A stretch of 64,000 nt of DNA from NCBI GenBank assembly GCA_016844745.1, contig JAERMQ010000018.1:15629-79628 (forward strand), in the 5' to 3' direction. Under the pieces are notes generated by a model. The model was not told the DNA's origin and did not search any database. It was given only the letters and a program-made list of their open reading frames with translations. Positions 1 through 9,451 of this stretch are shown in pieces. The translations under genes were made by a program, and so were the position numbers. Position 1 is the stretch's first letter, and each line of letters opens with the position of its first letter. Source of the stretch: Ignavibacteria bacterium (lineage in GTDB: Bacteria > Bacteroidota > Ignavibacteria > Kapaibacteriales > UBA2268).

Positions 1-497
1 CCGGGTAAATCAATTTGATAATTTTATCAGCGGAAGTATTTCTTTTAACGGGATTTTTACAGACAGCGACCGGGATCAATTAGGCTTTGCCTTCAGCTAT
101 GCACACAATTCATATTTATTTAGAACGGAACGGGAGCAAAAGGGATTAAACACTGATGATTTTGAAAAGATATATGAGCTTACTTATAAATATCTTATAA
201 CAGCAAATATTGGAATTCAACCTGATATACAATATATAATTTCACCGAGTAAATTGGAATATCCGGCTAAGCCGCTAATTTTTGGTGTAAGACTTATTTT
301 AATGTTTTGAGATATACAATTAAAGTTTCAGACTTCGATTCCGTGTAATCAAATAATCCGTTAAATCCGTGATTCGGACTTTTCAATAGGTTTATTCAAT
401 CCAATTTGATATTTTTGCATGAATCGTATCATTTAGCAATTGCTCAAATTTCTTAATATGAGCATTTAATTTTTGACAAAACAATTATAGGAAAATT

Positions 498-2405
498 ATG
501 ACCAGTTCCTTAAAAATTATTTATGAAAAACTAACCGAATTAAAGAAAACAAAACCCGGTACTAATTATCAAATACCATCTCTTTGGATGAAACCGTTGA
601 GTACATCAAATAATCCGGTAATTATTCCAGTCGAACCTTTCGATTTTTTTCGTAATAGTATTGATTATATTGTAAATAATAGTAGCCAGTTAATTCAAAA
701 AAAAACTCATCCTTCCATTATCTATAATATGTTCGTTCGCCATGCTACTGCTTTTGACCATAACGGTGATGGGAAAATAAATATACCTTATGATGAATCC
801 GGCTTGCGTGAAACCGGCACTTTCCTGAAAGCCATAGCATTGCTGCCTTATATAAAATGGCTTGGAGCAGATGTTTTATATCTTCTTCCAATTACATCGA
901 TCGGAATTGGTAACAGAAAGGGGAGTCTTGGTTCGCCGTATGCAATTCGCAACCCGTTTAAATTGGATGAAAATTTATCAGAGCCTGCTTTAGGATTGGA
1001 TTGCCATACTCAATTCAAAGCTTTTGTTGAAGCGGCTCATTTGTTAGGAATGAAAGTAGTGCTGGAATTTGTATTCCGTACTGCATCGATTGATAGTGAT
1101 TTAGCTTTGGAACATCCCGAATATTTTTATTGGATTAAATCCGAAATTAAAGACAGAAAGCCCGGAGAAACAGATGAATCAACTTATGGTTCACCTGTTT
1201 TGAAGGAAGAGGAATTAGTAAAAATTAAAGAAAAAATTGAAGCTAAAGACTTAACAAATCTCCCCAAACCTCATAAAATATTTCGCGAGATGTTCTGCGA
1301 ACCACCTTTGAAAGTCGAGAGAGTTAATAATGAAATTATTGCAGATGGCAAAAGGATACCATCAGCATTTGCAGATTGGCCCCCCGACGATATACAGCCC
1401 CCCTGGAGCGATGTAACCTACCTGAGGATGTACAAACATCCCGACTTCAATTATATAGCCTATAATACAATCAGGATGTACGACAAGAAGCTTTCTGCGA
1501 AAAAAAATAAAATTGAAAGCCTTTGGAATAGCATTTCAGATATTATCCCGCATTGGCAGAAAAATTTCCACATCGACGGCGTTATGATTGATATGGGTCA
1601 TGCACTCCCTCACGAACTTAGGGCTGAAATAGTTCGCAGGGCGCGTGCCAATAATAAAGACTTCATTTTTTGGGAGGAGAATTTCAATCTCGATATTAAG
1701 TCTATTAAAGAGGGCTATCAGGCTGTCGTAGGTTATTTAATTTTAGATAATCACGTGCATTGGAAAGTGCGAAATCTGCTATGGAGGCTTCATTTGGAAG
1801 GGATGCCTGTTCCTTTTTTTGCTTCGCCGGAAAATCACAATACTCCGCGGGCTGCAAGCAGACATGGTGGTGAATTATTCTCTGAATTTGCATTAGCTCT
1901 AAATATACTTCTTCCTGCGCCAACGTTTATTCATGCAGGTTTTGAGTTAGGGGAGACCTGTCCGGTAAATACCGGACTTGGATTCGAACCTGAAGATACT
2001 TCGAAATATCCTCAAGAACTATTGCCTCTATTTTCTGAGGCTGCTCTTTGTTGGGGAAATGACACAGGACTAACATTGAGAATTAGGAAATTATTGGAGT
2101 TAAAAAAGCAGTATTTTTCATGCGATTCAGAATTCTTGCCGGAGGATATTATAGTGCTTGAATCAAAAGATGAATACTTGATTGCATTTATTAGAAAGGT
2201 GGAAGCATCTCAATATTTATTTTTAGGTAGTATGGATGCTGATAGGCGTATTGAGACCTATGTTGAATTACCAAATCATTTTTTAAAGCTTGAAAATGTG
2301 GTTGATAATGAAAAATTGGAAATTAATGAGGGCAAATTGGATGTGCGTTTTGAGCCGTTTGAGTATAGGATTTACGCAATTAAAATAGATTATGATTTAA
2401 GATAA
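498..2405 (+). CDS. alpha-amylase family glycosyl hydrolase (GH13-like; possibly GlgE/maltosyltransferase-like)
   Basis: 635-aa ORF. GH13-like regions: 'GVMIDMGHALPHE' resembles the GFRxDxxxH region II, plus 'FIFWEENF' and the 'GSPYAIRNPF' motif. No signal peptide seen. Confidence 0.5.
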   Translation: MTSSLKIIYEKLTELKKTKPGTNYQIPSLWMKPLSTSNNPVIIPVEPFDFFRNSIDYIVNNSSQLIQKKTHPSIIYNMFVRHATAFDHNGDGKINIPYDESGLRETGTFLKAIALLPYIKWLGADVLYLLPITSIGIGNRKGSLGSPYAIRNPFKLDENLSEPALGLDCHTQFKAFVEAAHLLGMKVVLEFVFRTASIDSDLALEHPEYFYWIKSEIKDRKPGETDESTYGSPVLKEEELVKIKEKIEAKDLTNLPKPHKIFREMFCEPPLKVERVNNEIIADGKRIPSAFADWPPDDIQPPWSDVTYLRMYKHPDFNYIAYNTIRMYDKKLSAKKNKIESLWNSISDIIPHWQKNFHIDGVMIDMGHALPHELRAEIVRRARANNKDFIFWEENFNLDIKSIKEGYQAVVGYLILDNHVHWKVRNLLWRLHLEGMPVPFFASPENHNTPRAASRHGGELFSEFALALNILLPAPTFIHAGFELGETCPVNTGLGFEPEDTSKYPQELLPLFSEAALCWGNDTGLTLRIRKLLELKKQYFSCDSEFLPEDIIVLESKDEYLIAFIRKVEASQYLFLGSMDADRRIETYVELPNHFLKLENVVDNEKLEINEGKLDVRFEPFEYRIYAIKIDYDLR

Positions 2406-2408
2406 AAC

Positions 2409-2603
2409 TTAATTGTTAAAAGATTTAGGTAATCCCAATTGTTTTAATATTAATAGCACAATTGTATTTTTGATTTCGTTATGACTTGGAACAGCGGCTT
2501 TTGAACCATTCATTGGATTTGAATATATATCGTGATTTGCACCATACCTATGAAGATAACAACCTTTTGATTCTAATATCCTAATTAATTCTTTTCGTTT
2601 CAA
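2409..2603 (-). CDS. hicA: HicA family type II toxin (mRNA interferase)
   Basis: 64 aa: 'MKRKELIRILESKGCYLHRYGANHDIY...ILKQLGL', typical of HicA/YcfA. Overlaps the upstream partner by 4 nt. Confidence 0.8.
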   Translation of the reverse strand: MKRKELIRILESKGCYLHRYGANHDIYSNPMNGSKAAVPSHNEIKNTIVLLILKQLGLPKSFNN

Positions 2604-2806
2604 ATTTCAACCTGGATTTCCATATAATTTTTGTCTTCTTGCTCCAAAGAATCATCATCAAGTTTGAGAAGATAATACACCTCTTTAATGTTTGAAACCA
2701 ATTGGTCTAATGTTTCAGCCTGAGAAAAGACACCAGGTACTTCAATTAATTTCCCGACAAAGTAATTATCATCCATCCAATATTCTAAAGTAAAGTTTCT
2801 ATTCAT
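2600..2806 (-). CDS. hicB: HicB family antitoxin (UPF0150)
   Basis: 68 aa: 'VPGVFSQAETLDQLVSNIKEV' resembles HicB N-terminal domains. Adjacent to and overlapping hicA, the usual toxin-antitoxin gene layout. Confidence 0.65.
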   Translation of the reverse strand: MNRNFTLEYWMDDNYFVGKLIEVPGVFSQAETLDQLVSNIKEVYYLLKLDDDSLEQEDKNYMEIQVEI

Positions 2807-2976
2807 TCTATAAATTCCTATTTTAAATAATAAATGAAATTTTCTTTTATATATTTTATTTGGAACTTCTTTACAAATATATTTTTTGGAATTATATCCT
2901 CATTTCTTCTTTGTCGAATCGGATAAATTAACTAATTTTGTAAGTTTATGAAATATTTATAATAGAAGGTATATTA

Positions 2977-3297
2977 ATGACAACTTTTCTTCCAACACTT
3001 TTCTTATTCATGCCTCCCGGCGGCGGTCAGCAAGGCGGCGGCGGTTCGATGGTTTCAATGCTTGTTTTAATCGGCGGTATGTTTTTAATCATGTACTTTT
3101 TAATGATTCGCCCGCAGCAGAAGCGCCAGAAAGAACATAAGTTAATGCTCGAATCGGTAAAAAAAGGCGATAAAATTATTACAACTTCCGGTATTCACGG
3201 AACGGTCACTGATATGGATGATAAAACTTTCGAATTGCAGGTTTCCGATAGTACCAAGATGCGTTTCGAAAAGCACGCCATTGCCGGTAAGAAGTAA
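2977..3297 (+). CDS. yajC: preprotein translocase subunit YajC
   Basis: 106 aa with a single TM and 'MIRPQQKRQKEH...KGDKIITTSGIHGTVTDMDD', which matches the YajC family signature. Confidence 0.9.
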   Translation: MTTFLPTLFLFMPPGGGQQGGGGSMVSMLVLIGGMFLIMYFLMIRPQQKRQKEHKLMLESVKKGDKIITTSGIHGTVTDMDDKTFELQVSDSTKMRFEKHAIAGKK

Positions 3298-3327
3298 TAT
3301 TAATTTGTCAGAAAATGCCTACAATCA

Positions 3328-3357
3328 TAAATCAACCATAGGGTTAACCCTATGGTT
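3328..3357. repeat. perfect 28-bp palindrome TCAACCATAGGGTTAACCCTATGGTTGA (terminator-like hairpin); second copy at 51389-51418
   Basis: Read directly in the sequence. Sits just downstream of the yajC stop. The same palindrome recurs between convergent genes near 51.4 kb. Confidence 0.7.
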
Positions 3358-3438
3358 GAAGAGTTTATGCTTGATTTTTTCAAACAAATCTGGTTCTTAA
3401 AAAAAACTCTTCCTTTATTTTTTAGGTAATTATACATC

Positions 3439-4437
3439 ATGCAAGCAAGGACGTTAATCTCTCAATTTTTTCCTTATAGATTATTAAGGAAAATCTCACG
3501 GTCGCGGCTTGCCATGCCACTTTATCACCTTGTTAGCAATCAGACGCCTCCTCATGTCAGGCATTTACATATTGTAAAATCCGAACATGAATTTATTTCA
3601 GAATTGGATTTTTTTCTTAAGGAACACTCTCCAATCGGACTTCAGGACTTAATTGATTATATCATTAATGGCAGGCAGCTTCCTGAACATGCACTATTTC
3701 TATCATTCGATGACGGCTACCGGGAATGTTTCGATATTATCCGACCTATTCTTTTAAAAAAAGGAATCCCGGCAACATTCTTTCTGACAACAGATTTCCT
3801 GGATAATAAAAAGCTGGGATACAAGTGCAAACAGAGCGTTTTAAAAGAAAGTTATTTGATGTTATCAGGAGATAAAGAAATTAATCTGCTTCTTTCCTCA
3901 ATAGGCTTGAATTCGGGTGATTTCAGCAAGGCTGTCGATGCGTTGGAATATCATCATCAAGACAAAATAGATGAATTAGCAGAAATATTAGGAATTGATT
4001 TTAATGGATATTTAGCTCAATCAAAACCGTATCTTGACTCGACACAAGTCGAGCAAATGTTAGAAGAAGGATTTACAATCGGTGCTCATTCGGAAGACCA
4101 TCCGGTATTTGAGAATATTTCAATAAATGAACAAATCCGGCAAACCGAAAACAGTATTAAGTTTTTGGAAGAAAGATTCAAAATCAAATACAGAACATTT
4201 GCTTTTCCATTCTATGATAACGGAGTGGGAAGGAAATTTTTTGATGAAGCATCAAGCCGGCATCTTTTTGATATTTCCTTCGGAACGGCAGGGCTGATGG
4301 ACGACGATATACCAAACAATCTGCAAAGAGTTTGGATGGAAGCAACATCTCAAACAGCAAAAAATATTTTCAAGGAGAAATATTTGACAAAATTTGTTAA
4401 ATTACAAATTCATAAGAATATTATACACAGATTATGA
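3439..4437 (+). CDS. polysaccharide deacetylase family protein (NodB homology)
   Basis: 'LSFDDGYRECFDIIRPILLKKGIPATFFLTTDFL' is the NodB-type motif; 'GAHSEDHP' also present. Confidence 0.75.
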   Translation: MQARTLISQFFPYRLLRKISRSRLAMPLYHLVSNQTPPHVRHLHIVKSEHEFISELDFFLKEHSPIGLQDLIDYIINGRQLPEHALFLSFDDGYRECFDIIRPILLKKGIPATFFLTTDFLDNKKLGYKCKQSVLKESYLMLSGDKEINLLLSSIGLNSGDFSKAVDALEYHHQDKIDELAEILGIDFNGYLAQSKPYLDSTQVEQMLEEGFTIGAHSEDHPVFENISINEQIRQTENSIKFLEERFKIKYRTFAFPFYDNGVGRKFFDEASSRHLFDISFGTAGLMDDDIPNNLQRVWMEATSQTAKNIFKEKYLTKFVKLQIHKNIIHRL

Positions 4438-4455
4438 AAGAATAGGATTAGTGTT

Positions 4456-5652
4456 ATGAATACTATCGAAGAAGCATTAAAAGAACTTGCAGACGGAAAA
4501 ATGATAATCGTAATGGACGACGAAGACCGGGAAAATGAAGGCGATTTAATTATGGCATCCGAACTTTGCACACCGGAAACTGTAAATTTTATGTCAACAA
4601 AAGGTAGAGGACTAATTTGCGTGGCAATTACTACGGAAAGGGCTAAGGAACTGGATTTGGATGTAATGGTACATAATAATTCAGCTATACATGACACTAA
4701 ATTTACTGTTTCGGTTGATTATCTTCATGGAACGAAAACGGGTATTTCTGCTTTTGACCGCGCTGCCACAATTCGCGCTCTTGTTGATAAAGATACCAAA
4801 CCTGAGGATTTAGGACGCCCCGGGCATATTTTTCCTCTTATTGCCGTAGAAGAAGGTGTACTTCGTCGCACCGGTCATACTGAAGCGGCTGCCGACCTTA
4901 TGCGCCTTGCCGGTCTGAAACCTTGTGGTGTTCTTTGCGAAATCATTAAGGATGACGGTGAAATGGCAAGACTACCGGAGTTAATGATATTTGCCATGGA
5001 ATACGGCATGAAAATTATTACGGTAGCTGATTTAATCGCATATAGAAAACGTCGCGAATGTCTTGTTAAATGCGTTGCCACAGCAAACATCCCCAGTTCA
5101 TTCGGTGCCTTTGAAATTAAAGTTTATACTAATATTGTAGATGGCAAAGAGCATGTTGCATTAGTGAAAGGAGTATGGGAATCGGAGGAATCCGTTTTAG
5201 TGCGTGTTCATTCCGAATGTCTTACCGGGGATGTATTCGGTTCATTGCGATGCGATTGTGGCTCTCAACTTCATGCTGCTATGAAAAAAATCGAAAAGGA
5301 AGGCAAAGGGGTTTTGCTATACATGAGACAGGAGGGAAGAGATATTGGCTTAATCAATAAGGTGAAAGCTTATGCATTGCAGGAAAAAGGAATGGATACC
5401 GTTGAAGCGAACCTTGAGTTGGGTTTTGAACCGGACCCGCGGGACTATGGGATCGGAGCTCAAATATTATTCGAATTGGGGGTGAGGAAGATGAAACTTA
5501 TGACAAATAATCCGAAGAAGCGAGTAGGACTCGAAAGCTACGGTTTGGAAGTTACAGAAAGAGTACCGATAGAAGTGGAATCGAATGTCAATAATGCAGA
5601 ATATTTAAAAACAAAAAAATCAAAATTGGGACATTTATTGCATAATTTATAA
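4456..5652 (+). CDS. ribBA: bifunctional 3,4-dihydroxy-2-butanone-4-phosphate synthase / GTP cyclohydrolase II
   Basis: N-terminal 'DDEDRENEGDLIMASE' (RibB) and C-terminal 'RVHSECLTGDVFGSLRCDCGSQL' (RibA zinc site); 398 aa. Confidence 0.95.
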   Translation: MNTIEEALKELADGKMIIVMDDEDRENEGDLIMASELCTPETVNFMSTKGRGLICVAITTERAKELDLDVMVHNNSAIHDTKFTVSVDYLHGTKTGISAFDRAATIRALVDKDTKPEDLGRPGHIFPLIAVEEGVLRRTGHTEAAADLMRLAGLKPCGVLCEIIKDDGEMARLPELMIFAMEYGMKIITVADLIAYRKRRECLVKCVATANIPSSFGAFEIKVYTNIVDGKEHVALVKGVWESEESVLVRVHSECLTGDVFGSLRCDCGSQLHAAMKKIEKEGKGVLLYMRQEGRDIGLINKVKAYALQEKGMDTVEANLELGFEPDPRDYGIGAQILFELGVRKMKLMTNNPKKRVGLESYGLEVTERVPIEVESNVNNAEYLKTKKSKLGHLLHNL

Positions 5653-5687
5653 ATTTTGATTATTTTGCATTTTGTAAGAGGAAAAAA

Positions 5688-5728
5688 TAAAGCCGATGTG
5701 GAAATTGGCTTTATTTTTTTTATTTTTT
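5688..5728 (+). terminator. rho-independent terminator after ribBA
   Basis: Stem AAAGCC...GGCTTT with a 12-nt loop, followed by ATTTTTTTTATTTTTT. Confidence 0.5.
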
Positions 5729-5757
5729 GAACTAACATTTTCGCAACGGAGAATCAA

Positions 5758-6231
5758 ATGACAGACGTTGTTTACATGACTAAAGAAACCGTAATGGAAC
5801 TTGAAAAAGAGTTGCATGAATTGAAAGTTAAAGGTCGTAGGGAAATGGCACAAAAAATTGCTGATGCCCGTTCCCATGGTGATTTATCTGAAAACGCTGA
5901 TTATGATGCCGCAAAAGAAGCTCAACAAATGCTTGAAAGAAAAATTGCCAAAATTGAAACTACTCTTTCTAAAGTTCAAATAATTAGACCGGAAGAATTC
6001 CCAAGTGATAAAATTTATATCTTATCAAAAATTAAAATAAAAAATATAAATACAGGCGGATTTTTGGAATATATAATGGTTAGCGCAGAAGAAGCCGATT
6101 ACGAAAAGAATAAATTATCAGTTACTTCCCCGATTGGTAAGGCATTGATGGGAAAAAAAATTGGTGATAAAGTACAGGTAAAGGTTCCTGCCGGACTGAT
6201 TGACTATGAAGTAATTGAAATAGGAAAATAA
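5758..6231 (+). CDS. greA: transcription elongation factor GreA
   Basis: 157 aa: 'HGDLSENADYDAAKEAQ' coiled-coil N-terminal domain plus a C-terminal FKBP-like domain. Confidence 0.9.
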   Translation: MTDVVYMTKETVMELEKELHELKVKGRREMAQKIADARSHGDLSENADYDAAKEAQQMLERKIAKIETTLSKVQIIRPEEFPSDKIYILSKIKIKNINTGGFLEYIMVSAEEADYEKNKLSVTSPIGKALMGKKIGDKVQVKVPAGLIDYEVIEIGK

Positions 6232-6310
6232 TTTTTTATTACAATTATTTTGGCTTTTTTGAATCAATATGATTGGATACAATTTAATAAAGCGATGTTC
6301 TATTAATTCA

Positions 6311-6400
6311 TATTTTATTGTCATTCTGAACTTGTTTCAGAATCCAAAATCTTTAAAAATCAAGAAGATAGATTCTGAAACAAGTTCAGAATGACAATTT
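6311..6400. mobile_element. small MITE-like hairpin element (27-bp inverted arms TTGTCATTCTGAACTTGTTTCAGAATC)
   Basis: Near-perfect inverted repeat read directly. Its termini match the AATGTCATTCTGAAC ends of larger elements at 23.6 and 57.9 kb. Confidence 0.6.
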
Positions 6401-6427
6401 TTAGAACTACTCTAAAGGGAGACAGTC

Positions 6428-6802
6428 ATGGGATTAATTTTTATAGATGCTTCTTTAAAAAACAACAAAAAGCATAAAGAAATAAATATGTTAGTTGATA
6501 GCGGTGCGAGCTATTCCCTGATAACCCAAAAAAACTGGCAGGAATTAGGACTAAAACCAAAAAGGGAAATGGAATTTGTAATGGCAGATGGCTCCCGAAT
6601 CAGTCGAAAAATTTCCGAATGTTTTATTGAAATTCCGTTTTTAAAATCCGAAGGTCATTCTCCTGTCATACTGGGTGAGGATGGTGACGATGAAAATTTA
6701 CTTGGAGCCGTCACTTTAGAAATATTCGGATTAGTTTTAGACCCTTTGAACCGAACCATTAAGCCTATGAAGGCAATGCTGGCAAAATTAATTAAGAATT
6801 AA
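6428..6802 (+). CDS. retropepsin-like aspartic protease (clan AA, single-domain)
   Basis: 124 aa containing the 'LVDSGASYSLI' D-S/T-G-A catalytic motif of retroviral-type aspartyl proteases. Confidence 0.7.
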   Translation: MGLIFIDASLKNNKKHKEINMLVDSGASYSLITQKNWQELGLKPKREMEFVMADGSRISRKISECFIEIPFLKSEGHSPVILGEDGDDENLLGAVTLEIFGLVLDPLNRTIKPMKAMLAKLIKN

Positions 6803-6980
6803 GAATTAAGAATTAAAAATTAGGGAATTATTGGAACAAATCATGAAAATCACCGTATTAACGCAAATGCACGGCTCCAATTGGAACTTTTTCTAAGGCA
6901 ATTAAAGCAACCGCTGATTGGTTTACTACATTCCCAAAGTGACTGAATGCTATGGATGCGATAATTATTATTAAACTCAA

Positions 6981-7583
6981 ATGGAAAAAAAATTCTTCAT
7001 AATAATTTTTGTTTTTTTCTGCAATCATACGTTTTATTTAAATTTGTATTCTCAATCCGAACGTAATCTCGATAGTATGAAAAAACAATTTTTCTTTATG
7101 GATACTGTTGCGACACAGCAGGATACTATAAGAAAAGCTGATACATCAACAAAATTTACAATGAAAAAATCACCGATTACTGCAATTTTGCTTTCATTAG
7201 CTTTGCCTGGTGCAGGACAAATATATACCGGAAATTATTGGAAAGCTCCAATTTTTATAGCAGGTTCGGGTGCTTTAGTTTATGCTGCGATTTTCAATAA
7301 TAATAAATATAAAAATTACCAGAATTTGTATGATGGTGTAGTTGGTAAAGGTGGTTCATCAAGTTTAGACTCTATGTATTATAAACTCTATAAAGAATTC
7401 TACCGTGATAATCGCGACCGTAGTTTATTTTATCTTGGATGCGTCTATACATTATGTATCATTGATGCTTATGTAGGCGCTCATCTTTATGATTTCACAG
7501 TCAGCGATGATATAACCATGCAGTTAATCCCTAATTTGAATGGTGGATTGTCGGTCTCAATAAGTATGATTTTGAATAGATAG
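6981..7583 (+). CDS. DUF5683-like membrane protein
   Basis: 'LSLALPGAGQIYTGNYWKAP' is typical of the Bacteroidota DUF5683 family. The true start is probably internal (MKKQFF... or MKKSPI...). Confidence 0.5.
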   Translation: MEKKFFIIIFVFFCNHTFYLNLYSQSERNLDSMKKQFFFMDTVATQQDTIRKADTSTKFTMKKSPITAILLSLALPGAGQIYTGNYWKAPIFIAGSGALVYAAIFNNNKYKNYQNLYDGVVGKGGSSSLDSMYYKLYKEFYRDNRDRSLFYLGCVYTLCIIDAYVGAHLYDFTVSDDITMQLIPNLNGGLSVSISMILNR

Positions 7584-7745
7584 GATTTAATTAAGAATTA
7601 CTAATTACTAATTACAAAATTGGCTGAATTAGGATTTATAGGATTAAAAGATTAAAAATTGTCTGAACTATGATTTATAGGATTAAAGGATTATAGGATT
7701 TAGAATACTATACTTTTTATAAACCCTTTATTCATAATTCATAAT

Positions 7746-8684
7746 TTATAATTGTTTTAACGAACCTTGTACTATTCTCGGAATTGACGAAAAATCTTTG
7801 AAGAATACGCAAATGAAGCCTTTTGAAGAAAAGATTTTTTCAATATCATGCGCCATCCCAAATCCGATTTCAAGAAAAAATGTACCGGTTGGTTTTAATA
7901 ATTCCGGAAAAATATCGGCATATCTTTTATAAAATGTAAGACCATCAAACTCATCGGTAAGCGCTGAACGCGGCTCCCAGTCTTTCACTACTTTATCGAG
8001 AAGAGTATAATCATTTAGATTTATATAAGGTGGATTGGAAATAATTATATCGAAACCAGACTCAGCAGGGAGGTTATTGAGTATATCACAATTTTCAAAA
8101 TTTACATTGCTCAATCCATGAAATGCAGCATTGGATTTTGCAATTTCCAAAGCTGAATCCGAATTATCAATTGCCCGGACAGTAACGGATGGTCTTTCTT
8201 TTGCTATCGTAAGTGCGATACAACCTGAACCGGTGCCAATATCAAGAATTTTAGCAATATCATTTTCGATTGAATCAATTGCAATTTTACATAACAACTC
8301 AGTCTCAGGGCGGGGAATCAACACACCCGGTTTGATTTTGAAATCGTAACCAAGGAAATTTACTTTTCCTAAGATATATTGCAAAGGCTCGCCACTGCAG
8401 CGTCTTTCAGTTAGTTCATAAAAATTTTGCGCTTCTTTCCCGGTTAATATTCTGTCGAATTTGGAATACAACCCGATTTTTTTTAATTGAAGAATGTGGC
8501 ATAGAATTAATTCCGCATTCAGTCTTGGAGATTCAACTTTATTATTGGTTAATTGAATAGTACCCCAATCCAAAAGTTCTTTTATTGAATTACGATGATA
8601 CATTGCAAATTTTAGCTTATTGAATTTATTTATATTTAAGACATTCAGTTTGGAAGGGAATTCCTGCATTCGCTGGAATGACAT
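7746..8684 (-). CDS. prmC: release factor glutamine methyltransferase PrmC (HemK)
   Basis: 'IISNPPYI' NPPY motif and 'DIGTGSGCIA' SAM-binding motif. The true start is likely the internal M before 'YHRNSIKELLDWG'. Confidence 0.85.
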   Translation of the reverse strand: MSFQRMQEFPSKLNVLNINKFNKLKFAMYHRNSIKELLDWGTIQLTNNKVESPRLNAELILCHILQLKKIGLYSKFDRILTGKEAQNFYELTERRCSGEPLQYILGKVNFLGYDFKIKPGVLIPRPETELLCKIAIDSIENDIAKILDIGTGSGCIALTIAKERPSVTVRAIDNSDSALEIAKSNAAFHGLSNVNFENCDILNNLPAESGFDIIISNPPYINLNDYTLLDKVVKDWEPRSALTDEFDGLTFYKRYADIFPELLKPTGTFFLEIGFGMAHDIEKIFSSKGFICVFFKDFSSIPRIVQGSLKQL

Positions 8685-8705
8685 TTATTTTAATTAAACT
8701 GAATA

Positions 8706-8741
8706 ATTTATAATTCGTAATTCGTAATTCGTAATTCGTAA
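8706..8741. repeat. heptanucleotide tandem repeat (TAATTCG) x5
   Basis: Read directly: 'taattcgtaattcgtaattcgtaattcgtaatt', between the prmC 5' end and the tRNA. Confidence 0.8.
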
Positions 8742-8750
8742 TTGATTTTG

Positions 8751-8824
8751 TCGGGATGAGAGGATTTGAACCTCCGTCCCCTTGGTCCCGAACCAAGTGC
8801 GCTACCGGGCTGCGCTACATCCCG
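8751..8824 (-). tRNA. tRNA-Pro (anticodon CGG)
   Basis: The reverse complement folds as a cloverleaf. Acceptor CGGGATG/CATCCCG, D-arm GCGC/GCGC, anticodon stem CTTGG/CCAAG with loop TTCGGGA, T-arm GGAGG-TTCAAAT-CCTCT; 74 nt. Confidence 0.85.
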
Positions 8825-8938
8825 AATACCCGTTTGTATTGTATTTTCCAATCACAAAGACTACAAATTTACGAAATTATTTTAATCCTTACAAATGACA
8901 GTTCAGTTGGATTGGCATTACATTAAGATAAAATTTTT

Positions 8939-9451
8939 CTATTTAGATTTGAAAGCACTAAAGAAATAGAAAATAACAGTTCCAAATACCATAATTAGCG
9001 ATAACGGAAGAAACCACCACCCAAGCCCGGAAGTCTTTCCCAAAGCTGTCATACAGGAAAGAATGTTAATTAAAATGAAAATGATAATAATTATTAATTT
9101 CAGGAACCGGATTAGTTTTGTGGCTACCGTATATTGCTTTAAAAGGTTATCAGGTGTAATTTCAACGGGATAGTTAAATTTATGCGGATATTTATTTAGT
9201 ATGGTCAATCCAATAAAAAGAATTGTTCCTATCAGGGGAAGAAGGAAAATAGTTAACTTAGTACCATAGTCATCCGGATTGCCTGCGGCATTGAAATGAA
9301 TCGGGATTGTATCGGGAAGGAGCCTGTAATAATAAATTGTTAATCCCCATAAAATAATCAGCGAGACACGGGCTAACGTTTCAACAAGTCTATCCGATTC
9401 AGAAAGAATGATTTCTATTTTTGGTCTGTCCATATTTATATCCTTATACAA
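8939..9451 (-). CDS. integral membrane protein (DUF1648/SdpI-like)
   Basis: 170 aa with several TM helices. Overlaps the moeA stop, so it is the last gene of the molybdoenzyme operon. Confidence 0.4.
   Translation of the reverse strand: MYKDINMDRPKIEIILSESDRLVETLARVSLIILWGLTIYYYRLLPDTIPIHFNAAGNPDDYGTKLTIFLLPLIGTILFIGLTILNKYPHKFNYPVEITPDNLLKQYTVATKLIRFLKLIIIIIFILINILSCMTALGKTSGLGWWFLPLSLIMVFGTVIFYFFSAFKSK

Noticed and set aside
3218-3400. 60-aa ORF overlapping the yajC 3' end
   Set aside because: It overlaps a well-supported gene in another frame and runs through the terminator-like palindrome; low-complexity translation.
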